DNA of 64,000 nucleotides from Eledone cirrhosa (taxonomy: Eukaryota): assembly GCA_964016885.1 (NCBI GenBank), contig OZ024757.1:16368001-16432000 (forward strand). The letters are read 5' to 3'. This document shows, piece after piece, positions 1 to 13,063 of the stretch. The position numbers and the translations under genes are program-made. The stretch's first letter is position 1; every line of letters starts with the position of its first letter. Below the pieces are notes generated by a model. That model saw nothing but the letters and a program-made list of their open reading frames with translations, made no database searches and was not told the origin of the DNA.

Positions 1-383
1 GATATTAACAAATGGAAACTATATTTATAAAACCATATTTATTTCATTATACATATTTCAAGGACACGAAGTTAAATTATGGTGTGCTTTCATCAGATAA
101 AATATAATATAGAGCAGTTTTATAAATAAATATTGACATACCCTTAAAGAATGCAACCATTACTGTTGGAAGCTCTCGGATAGTGGAGTTATATCTTTAA
201 TTATACTATTAGGTAAGTTAGTATTGGATATTTAAAAAAAATATAAATACTATTGGATATTTTTCTTAAATATCCAATACTAACTTACCTCCACTATCCG
301 GGGGCTTCCAACAGTAATGGTTGCATTCTTTAAGGGTATGTCAATATTTATTTATAAAACTGCTCTATATTATATTTTATATC

Positions 384-385
<2 letters not shown>
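1..385. mobile_element. Penelope-like non-autonomous HHR element, family F1 copy 1 (inverted arrangement; may begin before window start)
   Basis: About 97-187 is the reverse complement of about 289-380; nearly identical to 19437-19610; ends in (TA)n. Confidence 0.75.
40..104 (-). ncRNA. Type I hammerhead ribozyme (F1)
   Basis: Minus strand reads TATTTTAT-CTGATGA-AAGCACACC..CGTGTCCTT-GAAA-TATGTA-TA/ATGAAATA; 8-bp stem I, stem II with 2 mismatches. Confidence 0.75.
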
Positions 386-466
<81 letters not shown>

Positions 467-537
467 ATTATGAAATACTGTTGGCTTCTTGCTCACAATA
501 ATTTCTATACTTTTCATTTATATATATTATATATATA

Positions 538-628
538 TGACTCTTTTCCTATTACCCACTCTACTACTCATAGTATCGGGTACTGTGGTGTTTTATGGTC
601 CACCTGGTTCCTTACCACATTTCCTTCG

Positions 629-632
<4 letters not shown>
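538..632 (+). mobile_element. Fragment of family F3 tail (CCTATTACCCACTCTACTAC...CCTTACCACATTTC)
   Basis: Similar to 6637-6722, 7722-7750 (minus) and 34477-34525 (minus); sits between (TA)n tracts. Confidence 0.7.
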
Positions 633-682
<50 letters not shown>

Positions 683-685
<3 letters not shown>

Positions 686-919
686 GGAGGTGAGTTTTAT
701 TGTAGTACAATAAAGCAATGCAGATATCGGATAAGAAGCACTCTACAGTTGATATGTTGATATGTTGATTTATAACTGCACTATTCACAAGTGTTTTTTA
801 ACCTTCATATCATGTCTTCCTATTTTATCTGATGAAAACACAAATGTTATTGCATGATGATACTTGTTTTTGAAATGTGCATAATAAAATACATGGAACT
901 CTTTTAACCATCTTTTGAT

Positions 920-922
<3 letters not shown>
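683..922. mobile_element. Diverged F1 element copy 2 (inverted tail plus HHR segment)
   Basis: Reverse complement of 683-745 resembles the F1 tail at 43945-44012; HHR on plus strand; (TA)n on both sides. Confidence 0.6.
821..891 (+). ncRNA. Type I hammerhead ribozyme
   Basis: TATTTTAT-CTGATGA-AAACACAA..TTGTTTTT-GAAA-TGTGCA-TA/ATAAAATA; perfect 8-bp stem I. Confidence 0.8.
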
Positions 923-1006
<84 letters not shown>

Positions 1007-2164
1007 AAATGATTGAGGTGTTAAATTTTCATGGCGTTTATTGAGGTATATACTATTATTATTATTATTATTGTTTTTATTTTCTTTCATTATTGTTTCT
1101 GAGATATATGCCGAGTGTCTTCCTGACACCTAGGGCAGATAAATTCCCAGTTAATACAGCACATTGATTATAATTAAAAAATTATTAAAAAAATTATTAT
1201 TATTATTATGTAATGATTGTTGGCTTTGTGCCTAAATTTGAAATCATTATTGTAATATTTTTCTTCGTGTTAGCCCTTGAGGCCAATAAAGAAACCATTA
1301 TTATTATTATTATTATTACGTAGGGAAACGCAACATAAAGAATTGTATCAACGGAATGAACCAGCAAGTTACATGAATAAAGAACTTTAAGACAATGAAT
1401 GTCTCTTAGCCAAGCTCCACATCTAAACGTATGTAGACTTTTTTTTTTTTTTTGATTTCCTGTCTGATACTTATTTTATCGGTCTCTGTTTGTCGAACCT
1501 TTAATTTTCAGGACATAAAGTGCCACAGCATGCACAACAGTTTCTATACTGGATTACTTTCTTCTTCGTGCTTTCTTTTCTTTTACCTCATTTCTTTTCC
1601 ATCCTCGAGACTTTCGTGCTATAAAAAACACCACACATTTTCCTGACGTCACATAAATTCTATGTGTACTTGTTGTGGCTTAATTGTTATAAATTAATGT
1701 TTTGTCTCTCGTCTCTTGGTCCACTGGACAGCGTTTGTCTTGTGTCAGACGCTGTGACCCCGGTTGTACACTCAATTGTTTTGATTATACGCTATTTTTC
1801 TATAAAGTCTTGCCTCGAGTGAATTACTTTTATATCTCCGTACTCTGATGTGTTTACCAGAGGTAAACAATGTATTGGAGATCGAATGATGCAACCTCAA
1901 GCAATTAGCGAACTCTAGACTCACCTGATGAACGAAACAATTATCAGTACTTTAAATAAAGCCCTTGTTGTACAGCCAACCATGTTAATCTTCGTTCTTT
2001 CACTATTATTACTCCAAGTATAACCTGTATAGGAATTATCGCGAACTCGCTGCATAACTATGGAAGCATCTTGTTGAGTCAAACAAAGCCGTACATTAAA
2101 ACTATCCACGACACAGAGTACTCACAACCTCTAACTGGATTACCTATAACGATAACTTGTTATC

Positions 2165-2206
<42 letters not shown>

Positions 2207-2210
<4 letters not shown>

Positions 2211-2455
2211 CGGGTAAAATTTCCGAGATCTATGGACGAGTTCTCTCCAGCGGTCTCTGTCCCTCATTATCGCTGCCATGTCCTGCGTCTCCAGCAGACC
2301 AGTGTCTGTCCTTAGGGCATCAACATACGTTAACCTTGGTCTTCCTCTTCCAGTGTGTCCATGTAGGGTCTTCCACAGGAGCACTGAGTGCAATGTCAAC
2401 TCTGGATGTCGGTGAGCATGTCCAGCTAACCTCAGTCTCCTCTGTGTCACTTTTG
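2207..2455 (-). mobile_element. 3' end of RTE-superclade LINE (5'-truncated)
   Basis: Translation KVTQRRLRLAGHAHRHPE...GRGRPRLTYVDALRTDTG...DRDRWRELV is a typical RTE C-terminus; homologs at 29935 and 36097. Confidence 0.85.
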
Positions 2456-2475
2456 ATATATATATATATATATAT

Positions 2476-2483
2476 GTAGTAGC

Positions 2484-2564
<81 letters not shown>

Positions 2565-2568
2565 TGCT

Positions 2569-2639
<71 letters not shown>

Positions 2640-2652
2640 TGCTGTAGTAGTG

Positions 2653-2700
<48 letters not shown>
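2476..2700. repeat. (TAG)n microsatellite
   Basis: Direct inspection. Confidence 0.98.
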
Positions 2701-2932
2701 ACAACAACTTGACAAGGAGCCACGCGGTGGGTCCGAAAACCTGCAGGCACATGATTGCCCAGCCCAGATCGGCACACCCCTCCCACGGCTATGCTTCTGT
2801 TTATAATGAAGAAATTCCAATGAAAGAGATTTAAATTGATTGATGTTTATTGAAGCGAAATATTAGTGTATTAAGAAGTATTTATTGTGTAGATTAAATG
2901 TTACTCAACTTATATTTTCATCCGATTTATGA

Positions 2933-2999
<67 letters not shown>

Positions 3000-3094
3000 T
3001 GTGTGTCCGTGTGTATGTGTATATATATAAATACATGTGTGTGTGTGTATATATATATACATATGTATGTATGTATGTATGTATGTATATGTAC

Positions 3095-3131
<37 letters not shown>

Positions 3132-3134
3132 TAA

Positions 3135-3323
3135 AGAATTAATATATCTAGTAACATATATATACACAGATGCATACTTATGCTAGCAAATATATAGGTT
3201 TTGTCTTAGTAACTTTGTGGTTCAATGCATGGGGATGCAGAACAATAATATGAGAGACGTAAAATAAGAAAATTATAAAATTAACTTATAAGTAAGTTAA
3301 TTTTATAATTTTCTTATTTTACG

Positions 3324-3333
<10 letters not shown>
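3135..3333. mobile_element. Family F2 element with terminal foldback
   Basis: 41-bp inverted repeat 3248-3288/3293-3333; homologous to 35287-35514; within (TA)n. Confidence 0.75.
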
Positions 3334-3373
<40 letters not shown>

Positions 3374-3434
3374 TATATATATAATACATATATATATATA
3401 ATACATATATATATATAATACATATATATATATA

Positions 3435-3492
<58 letters not shown>

Positions 3493-3558
3493 CATATATA
3501 TATATATATAATACATATATATATATATATAATATATATATATATATAATACATATAT

Positions 3559-3594
<36 letters not shown>

Positions 3595-3684
3595 ATACAT
3601 ATATATATATATATAATACATATATATATATATATATAATACATATATATATATATATATAATACATATATATATATATATATA

Positions 3685-3814
<130 letters not shown>

Positions 3815-4088
3815 CAGAAAGAAAACTGACGTTGTTATTCAAATTCCATCTTTAATTTCTACAACTGTTTCTATGGAGATAAATGTAAGAAAGAATCAAT
3901 GAATTAAAAAAAGTAGAAAGAATCAATGAATTAATCGGTCAAACAATTAATGATTAATAATTTAAATGGAACTCAAACATAAATCCCCATTTCATCAGGA
4001 AAAGAAATAGACAGATACATGGAGTTGCCTAACATGAGCAGAACTTTGAGTTATATACTTAGAGAATAATGTATAAATATATGTATAT

Positions 4089-4208
4089 TGCAAGATCGGA
4101 ACGTCGGCAGCCCTTCTGAGGAAGAAGCCCAGAGAGGCAGCGTAGTTGTTGCAGCGAATGTCGCTGATCATTGTCTGTGGAAATGCTTTTGCGGTCTTGT
4201 CCTGTTGA
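4089..4208 (+). mobile_element. C-terminal remnant of CRE-like (restriction-like endonuclease) non-LTR retrotransposon
   Basis: Plus frame CKIGTSAALLRKKPREAA*LLQRMSLIIVCGNAFAVLSC* matches the PRE..WL.QR.SL.I.RGNA motif. Confidence 0.7.
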
Positions 4209-5106
4209 AAGATGCGCGACAGATTCAAACCGCGGTGTATATTTAGCACAATCATATTTAAATGATTTGTAAATGTGAACATTCTAGTGTAATGCTTAAA
4301 TTCATCTAAAATATTTTACTCACACAGAATTAAAAGAGAAGAATGCTATTAAAGTCATTTTCTGTATACAATGAGAAGCACGTGTTGTTATATAAACAAA
4401 AATATCGTTATATTACCAACTGGTGTCGTTAATGTGAATCATCACTGTGTTAGAGACGGTGTTTGCTTTTGATAGTGACCGGTCAAATATATATCTGTTT
4501 GTAGTATACTCAGATTACACGGCTGTCGCTTATGCCAGCTCTCACTGTGGTAATAGATCATATAAAAGTATACAGATATGATAATGTTCTAGATACATAC
4601 ATGTATAGTCTTGTAACTTCTGAGAGAGTCGTAGGGGTGCCGTATTGACATACGGTGTGTCTAGCGAATTTTAAAACGTGATGGCGCCCACTCCTCTCCT
4701 GGTCTGAGTGCAGCAGATTTCTTCCAGAGAAAGATAAACAGTGAGAGAATGGAAATAAGAAAGATATATAGAGAGAGAATCGACACCCGTACTTCACTGG
4801 TACTTTTTTATCGACCTCAAATGGAATAATACCAATTAATTGCTAGGGGTGGGCTTCAGTAAGAATATAAGTATTCTCATACTAAGTAACTTACATGAAA
4901 TAATTCAGACATGTTGTAAGGCCAAATACGTTCTTAATGGGTGTAAAGATTAATTATATAAAGAGAAGTACATAGGTGGATGCGATAATAAATTAACATG
5001 GGTCCTAAAATTCTAATATAGAAAGAATACTAATTAATGTGTTCGCAAATAGGATGAGTTACGGATTTCCTTCAGTGAAGATAAATCTAATACTATGAGT
5101 TCAATT

Positions 5107-5392
5107 ACGGCCTGATTTAATGGAGGGCAAAGCGATCAATTGTCCCGAGCCCCCTGCAGTGAAGGCCCCACCAGTGACAATTTATTTGTGCCCTCTGCTG
5201 GTCTTTTTCCTTTTATGACTATTTTAAATTTGATACCTGTATATACAACTTTCCATTTACTTGGTGACTTTGATATGTAATATTGGGGCTTTGCTGTATA
5301 TTGTGATATGTTTGCGTATGGGTCATACCCCCATCACCACCACACACATACACGAGGTGCCTTGGGCCCCCTATGGTCTAAACCTAGCCCTG
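5107..5392. mobile_element. Decayed hAT-like MITE
   Basis: Degenerate termini ACGGCCTGATTTA / TAAACCTAGCCCTG with subterminal GGCCCC motifs. Confidence 0.45.
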
Positions 5393-5447
5393 AGTGCAAT
5401 TACTTATGAAATTTAAGTGTTACGATATTACTATTATTAAGGTTTGT

Positions 5448-5635
5448 AGGTTGGCGGTATCGGTAGAGGGGTCGGACGCCATGCTTTGACGCATAGAGTT
5501 ACGGCCCTTGCCATTCTGAATTCAAATCCAGCCGAGGTTAACTTTGCCTTTCGTCCTTACGGGGTCAATAAAATAAAGTACCAGTAATGTACTAGTTAAT
5601 TGCTGGTCTTGTGCCAAAAGTAGAAACAATTATTA
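5448..5635 (+). mobile_element. tRNA-derived SINE family S1
   Basis: A-box-like TGGCGGTATCGG, B-box-like ATTCAAATCC, body TTTGCCTTTC..GGGGTC.ATAAAATAAAGTACCAG; about 10 copies in the window. Confidence 0.85.
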
Positions 5636-5951
5636 AAGTTTGATTCATAACCAATAGGTGTAAGATTAGATAGAAACAACCTAAAAGGGAAGGGTTCAAT
5701 TAGTTACCATAATATAATAAGGGGGGGGGGGTCATATTTATTATAATAGAATAAATAGGAATTCCGATGTAGGCAAGTAGAGAGAGTTTCAGATTTCCTA
5801 ATTAAGATTGGTTAATGAGATTTAATTATTAAGAGTGTGTTGGTATTGTTAAAAGTGGTTCCACTTCCATCAGGTGGGCTGCTCGATACGGTTCTTAGAA
5901 TAAAGCAGATGAAATTGGTGTACCGTAAAAATGCCACATTAAAGGGTAAAT

Positions 5952-6040
5952 AATGGTTTCTACTTTTTGGCACAAGGCCAGCAATTATTTCAGTGTATTA
6001 CTGGTACTTTATTTTATCGACCCCGTAAGGATGAAATAGT
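5952..6040 (-). mobile_element. SINE S1 3' fragment
   Basis: Reverse complement of the S1 tail. Confidence 0.8.
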
Positions 6041-6084
6041 AAATAATGATACATGTTATATTCTTCGAAATGTATCAATATAGA

Positions 6085-6137
<53 letters not shown>

Positions 6138-6258
6138 CTACATATGCATTTTACGTAGATGTTTTAATATATGCACAGAAACACACACACATATATATAT
6201 ATATATATACCTACATACATTATACGTAGATGTTTTGATATATGCACACAACACACAC

Positions 6259-6343
<85 letters not shown>

Positions 6344-6530
6344 CAAGGTCTAGCAAATAGAGAAAATGTTTTAAAATACATTTTTTAAAATTCTCAGTAC
6401 TTACTATATGTGCCTTTACCGCGGTTTCATGCTCCAGAATAAACGGAAAATCCAAGCGGATTTCCATATATATATATATATATATATGCACACAACACAC
6501 ACGTATATATACACATATATATATATATAT

Positions 6531-6720
6531 AGGAACGAGTAGGATCCCGACGGCTGAGCTCAAGCCGTTTCGACGGCTAATTCTGGACAGAATTAGCCGT
6601 CGAGACGGCTTGAGCTCAACCGTCGAGATCCTACTGGTTCCTATTACCCACTCTACTACCCTAAGTATTGAGTACTTTGGTGCGTTATGGTCCATCTGGT
6701 TCCTTACCACATTTCTTTCG

Positions 6721-6722
<2 letters not shown>
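6531..6722. mobile_element. Family F3 element with GC-rich 112-bp palindrome
   Basis: 6531-6642 is a near-perfect hairpin followed by the F3 tail; (TA)n flanks. Confidence 0.75.
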
Positions 6723-6778
<56 letters not shown>

Positions 6779-6855
6779 AGTGTGTGTATGTGTGTGTATG
6801 TCTATGCATGTATATGTATGTATAGATATGTATGTATAGATATATTCACTTATGA

Positions 6856-6940
<85 letters not shown>

Positions 6941-7483
6941 TATATATATATATATACATACATATCTATACAGAGAGGGGGAAGCATATATAGATATACA
7001 AGCCTGGTGTATTTTGCATAGTCATCAAAAAGATCTCTTAATGATTATAAATATACGTTCCTTTTTCTAAAATGTCAGTTGAGTTATTGATCAAATATGG
7101 TAAAATGCCAATAGATCAGCCGGAGTTATAGGTGGGTTGTAAGCTATGATTCGGTTATTTTCTGTGATATTTGACAATTGAAATCGATTGTGGAAACATT
7201 GATCTCTGCCTCTCTCTATTGTTATAATGACCTGTACTCTCTTGCTCTGCTTAAATGGGCTGTGTTGTTACAATGAATGAACTGCGTAGTTTCCATCCGA
7301 CTTGACAGTTCGTTTTGTATGTGTACGTGTGTAGCTGGTTAGGTGTTGTGTGTGTAGCTGGTTAAGTGGTGTGTGTGTAGCTGGGTAGGTGTTGTGTGTG
7401 TACATGCATATTTAGTTAGATATAAATGTATGCATATTCATGCATATGTAATTAAATATGTATATATATATGTGTTTATATAT

Positions 7484-7563
<80 letters not shown>

Positions 7564-7679
7564 GTGTATGTATTTATATGTATGTATATATGTATATGTT
7601 TATGTTTATATATATATGTATATATAATATATGTATATGTATGTATATATATATATATATATATACATGTATATATATG

Positions 7680-7725
<46 letters not shown>

Positions 7726-7847
7726 GGAAGAAATGTGGTAAGGAACCAGGTGTTTATATATATACATATATATATATATGTGTGTGTATATATATGTATG
7801 TATATATATATGTTTATATGTATGTTTTTATAATATATGTATATATG

Positions 7848-7890
<43 letters not shown>

Positions 7891-7915
7891 ATATATATGT
7901 ATATACATATATATA

Positions 7916-7989
<74 letters not shown>

Positions 7990-8111
7990 TATAAACATAT
8001 ATATATACATATATACATACATATATACATATGACCCTCCCCAAGTATAACAATATTTGTTTCGACACACGATTTCATATAAAAAAACCTCGCTAAACTA
8101 ATTCATCGCCG

Positions 8112-8151
<40 letters not shown>

Positions 8152-8174
8152 TTGTGTGTATGTATGTATGTATG

Positions 8175-8475
<301 letters not shown>

Positions 8476-8495
8476 ATATATATATATATATATAA

Positions 8496-8567
<72 letters not shown>

Positions 8568-8760
8568 ATGTATATATATATATGTATATATATATGTATA
8601 TACGTATATATATGTATTTATGTGTATATATGTATATATGTACATACATACATACACACACACGCACACACACACAGACATATATATATATATATATATA
8701 AATCATGATGGTCAATTGCTTTAACTTAAAAACAATCATATCGACACTAACAATCACCGT

Positions 8761-8924
8761 TATCAAGTAAGTGATGCTGTAGCACTCTATAAACCTAACC
8801 CTAACCTTAACCATCAGATATACTCTACCACGTTTGATATGATAGCAAACTAATGTTCAAACACACTCCGATGAAAAATACACCGAGAACGGAGGCGATA
8901 ATGTCATATATATGTGTTTGTGTG

Positions 8925-8959
<35 letters not shown>

Positions 8960-9021
8960 TAAATCATGTCCTTAGAATTATTAGATAAAATATATACCGT
9001 TTCTTCTATATACCGTTTCTT

Positions 9022-9105
<84 letters not shown>

Positions 9106-9263
9106 AACACATATATATGACATTATCGCCTCCGTTCTCGGTGTATTTTTCATCGGAGTGTGTTTGAACATTAGTTTGCTATCATGTCAAACGTGGTAGA
9201 GTATATCTGATGGTTAAGATTAGGGTTAGGTTTATAGAGTGCTACAGCATCACTTACTTGATA
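8761..9263. repeat. About 165-bp inverted repeat with TTAGGG-like repeats
   Basis: 8761-about 8925 is the reverse complement of about 9097-9263. Confidence 0.9.
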
Positions 9264-9291
9264 TACATATACATATATATATGTCTGTGTT

Positions 9292-9410
9292 GAAGGTGTG
9301 TGGCTGAGTGGTTAGAGAATTGGATTCGCAATCGTAAGGTTGTGAGTTCGATTCCTGGACCAGGCGATGCGTTATGTCCTTGAGCAAGACACTTTATTTC
9401 ACGTTGCTCC
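9292..9410 (+). mobile_element. tRNA-derived SINE family S2 (5' part)
   Basis: GTGGCTGAGTGGTTAG A-box, GTTCGATTCC B-box, CORE-like TCCTTGAGCAAGACACTT. Confidence 0.85.
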
Positions 9411-9596
9411 TTCTACCTGGAGATGCGACCGATAGATAGTATTAGCAATTGAAAAGACTAACGGAAACATTGTTCCCTCAGTCCGATTTGACGAAAGTCG
9501 ATCGTTCCTTTATATGTGTGTGTGTGTGTGGATAAATATAGGTGTGTGGATTTATATATATATCTGTGTGTGTGTGCATATATGTATGTGTACGTC

Positions 9597-9626
9597 TGTG
9601 TGTCTATGTACATGTATATATACGCC

Positions 9627-9671
<45 letters not shown>

Positions 9672-9821
9672 ATGTATTTGTATATATATGTACGTATATG
9701 TACGTATCTCTCTCTCCCCATCTCTCTCTTTATATTTATATATATATATATATATATATAGAAAGAGAGAGAGGGGGAGAGAGAGATACGTACATATACG
9801 TACATATATATACAAATACAT

Positions 9822-9868
<47 letters not shown>

Positions 9869-9897
9869 GGCGTATATATACATGTACATAGACACAC
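9597..9897. repeat. About 300-bp palindrome of compound microsatellite centred on (TA)n
   Basis: Left half is the reverse complement of the right half, including unique interruptions CGCCTGC/GCAGGCG. Confidence 0.85.
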
Positions 9898-10079
9898 ACA
9901 CGCACATGTGTGTGTGTGTGTGTCGGATGGTAGCTATTCTATATATATATATATATATATAAAATAAAATTATTTCAATCATATTACACCATAAGTAACT
10001 GAATACCCATATGCACTAAAACCGCATTTTCACGGCTTCATTTATACAAATTATATTTTTATGGATATACTATACACAC

Positions 10080-10273
10080 CATATACCATGTTGTCCAAGG
10101 GAAAGGCAAATGGCCGATAGCTTGGCACCAATGATCTCGCAACTCATTCCTACAGCTGTGTGAACTAGAGAGCGTAAAATAAAGTGTATTGCTCCAGAAC
10201 ACAAAACAAATCCCGGTTCGAGAATCGAACTCACAACCTTGTGATTGTAAGCCCGATGCTCTAACCACTAAGC
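10080..10273 (-). mobile_element. SINE S2
   Basis: Reverse complement of the S2 head and body (GAATCGAAC B-box, CTAACCACTAAGC A-box). Confidence 0.8.
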
Positions 10274-10276
10274 TAT

Positions 10277-10308
<32 letters not shown>

Positions 10309-10330
10309 CGCGTGTGTCTCTGGGTGTTTG

Positions 10331-10361
<31 letters not shown>

Positions 10362-11459
10362 CTATACAAACCGGTTCACCCTTAATAATTGTTTCTACTT
10401 TTGGCACAAGGCCAGCAATTACCCAGTATATATATATATACATGGCCTGCCTGCCCAGCCAGTGGGATGGCGTTATCTTATGGCTAAAACAGCACGACGT
10501 GCTGTGACCAGCGGCGCCGAATGGACGCCCGACGGACTCGTCGGTCAAGGTGATATGTGTGTGTGTGTGTGTGTGTGTGTGTCAGGATAGAACCAGTTTA
10601 AAACTAGTTAGACCATTATTCAACAGAGTACTCGATACTTGAGGTAGCAGAATATGCCTATATTATAAAGTGTTTGGACCCAACAGTTGAGCTCTTGCCG
10701 TTTCAGCAGCTAGATCTGATATATATGTGTGTGTGTGTGTATGTGTGTGTGTATGTCTGTGTGTTTGTGTGTTGTGTGTGTGTAGTAAAATATATGTGTA
10801 TGAAAAAAATGAAAAAGATAAACAGTGCTCAATCAGATATGACAGGTGATATATTATTCATATTCATACACGGACCAAAAGCGCTACCTAAGTTTTCGAG
10901 GACCAATATGGGCCATATTTCCAGATTGTAAGAGAAATCAAAATTGTCACCTAGTTTCCACGTGCTTGTAGACTATGTCACAAATTTCATCCCTACACAC
11001 ACACACGCGTCTGTGTGTGTACGCTCCTGAAGTTGAGGGGTATTAAAATAATCAACCCATTTGTGGTGCCTCCCCCCTATTGGCGATTTCAATTGTTAAA
11101 TTTGTGTTTCAATATTTTTACACGATTGTATGTAAAATCCTCGGCATCTGTCCTTGTTTTGTCCCCTTTTCTTGTGCGCCCTTGTGGCTAATAAAGAAAT
11201 ATATCTATGTGTATGCAGATATATATGTATATCTATGCGTATATGTAAGCATATATGTACATATATGTTCATATAAGTCTGTAAATAAATGTGTCTATAT
11301 CTATATCTATACATACGTGTATACATATATATATGTGTATAGGCATATAAGTGAGTGTATATGTTTGGGTGTGTGTGTGTCTGTCTAGGAGCTTATGCCC
11401 CCAACTTGTCAAATAACTGCGATGAATCTGTTAAGTGTGTGTATATATAAATAAAATGG

Positions 11460-11495
<36 letters not shown>

Positions 11496-11975
11496 TTAAG
11501 CGGGTGGTATATGTATGTATATTTATATATATATATGAATATTTATCCATGCGTATATATAGGCGTATATATACGTATATCTATACATAAAGGTAAAGAA
11601 ATGACAACACAAACACGGAGATACAAAAATATATGCATGTGTGCGAGTGTGTGTGTGTGTGTATGTGTACGAGTGTATGTGTGTGTATGTATGTGTGTGT
11701 GCTTGTGTGTGTGTCCTAACCATTATCAAATCGGGAAAAAGTATCTAATACTTAAAACATTATCCCATTAGCTTCTTAATAGGAGTAAAAAGCGATATTG
11801 TGTGTATATATATATGTGTGTGTGTGTTTACATATATGCCTGTATGTGTATTTCTGTGTATATTTATATATATATATATATATATACACCCACTCGGTTT
11901 GTACGTAGGTACGCATAACTTTGTTTTGAACGTACGAATTTGTATGGTTGTTTATGTGTGTATATATATACATAT

Positions 11976-12075
<100 letters not shown>

Positions 12076-12577
12076 TTGTACATACTGTTTCGCAGCTAAA
12101 ACTTTCATCAGGCATCAATATCTCACCCCTACTTGCCTTCCTCTCTAATGTATATTGTATTTCTGACTGTTTTAGATCTTATCACAGTGAGTGAACAACT
12201 ATGGACAATTATCTTAATAAAAAAGGTTTTTCCCAGTTAAAACAATCACACACTATAGAGAAGAGATTTTAGACTTCTATACTTGTGTTTGTTTCCATTT
12301 ATTTATCTCTCTGTTTACTCCGTATGTAATATATATATGTATATTTTATTTTATCTTTCTCCAGTAAATCTTCCATTTTTCCTGGAAAGTTTTCTCTCGT
12401 GTCCCTTAACTAATATTCAACGTTACCCAGTTATAGAGATATTTTACGTAGATCTTTTGTTTTTTTTTATCTATGTACATTTATATGTATGTGAATCTAT
12501 GTGTATATGCATGTATTTATATATATATATATATATGAGCGTGTGCGCGTGTACATGTATGTAGATATATATGTAAT

Positions 12578-12648
<71 letters not shown>

Positions 12649-13022
12649 TATGTAATACCATCACCCCCAAATCACTCCCCTCCTCTATTCATCTATCCAC
12701 GTTTCATTTGTTCACACCCAAAATAATTACCTTGATGTTTCTTCCCAAAATATATTTTTGTCGATGAATGTTCTTCACTTAATCTTGCCATAATAATCTC
12801 ACGTGTAGTCTCCCGAGACGTTCTCCGCGTTCAACTGCTTCCGTTCTTTCAAAAGCTTCGTTCTCTTGGAAATATCTGTATTATATAATTTAGAACTGAC
12901 TTGAAAACCGAACAAACTGTCTGATGAAAACGTGATTGATGAGCGGTCAGTCTGACCATGGACTGCAGCGGCTGGCAGTATTCTTCTGATATCCATTGCT
13001 GTTGTTCCTATCTGTTATCTCG

Positions 13023-13062
<40 letters not shown>

Positions 13063-13063
<1 letters not shown>

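Noticed and set aside
1920-1950. CTGATGA-AC-GAAA-CAATTA-TC
   Set aside because: No stem II and no stem I; at most a deleted remnant
3950-4003. Minus-strand CTGATGA with a good stem II
   Set aside because: TAAA replaces GAAA and there is no stem I
9292-9365. tRNA genes at SINE heads (also 29704, 52352)
   Set aside because: A/B boxes run straight into SINE body sequence and I could not fold a full cloverleaf
12799-12996. Possible minus-strand exon (TACAG acceptor, GTGAGA donor)
   Set aside because: No recognisable protein similarity; splice-like words are common by chance
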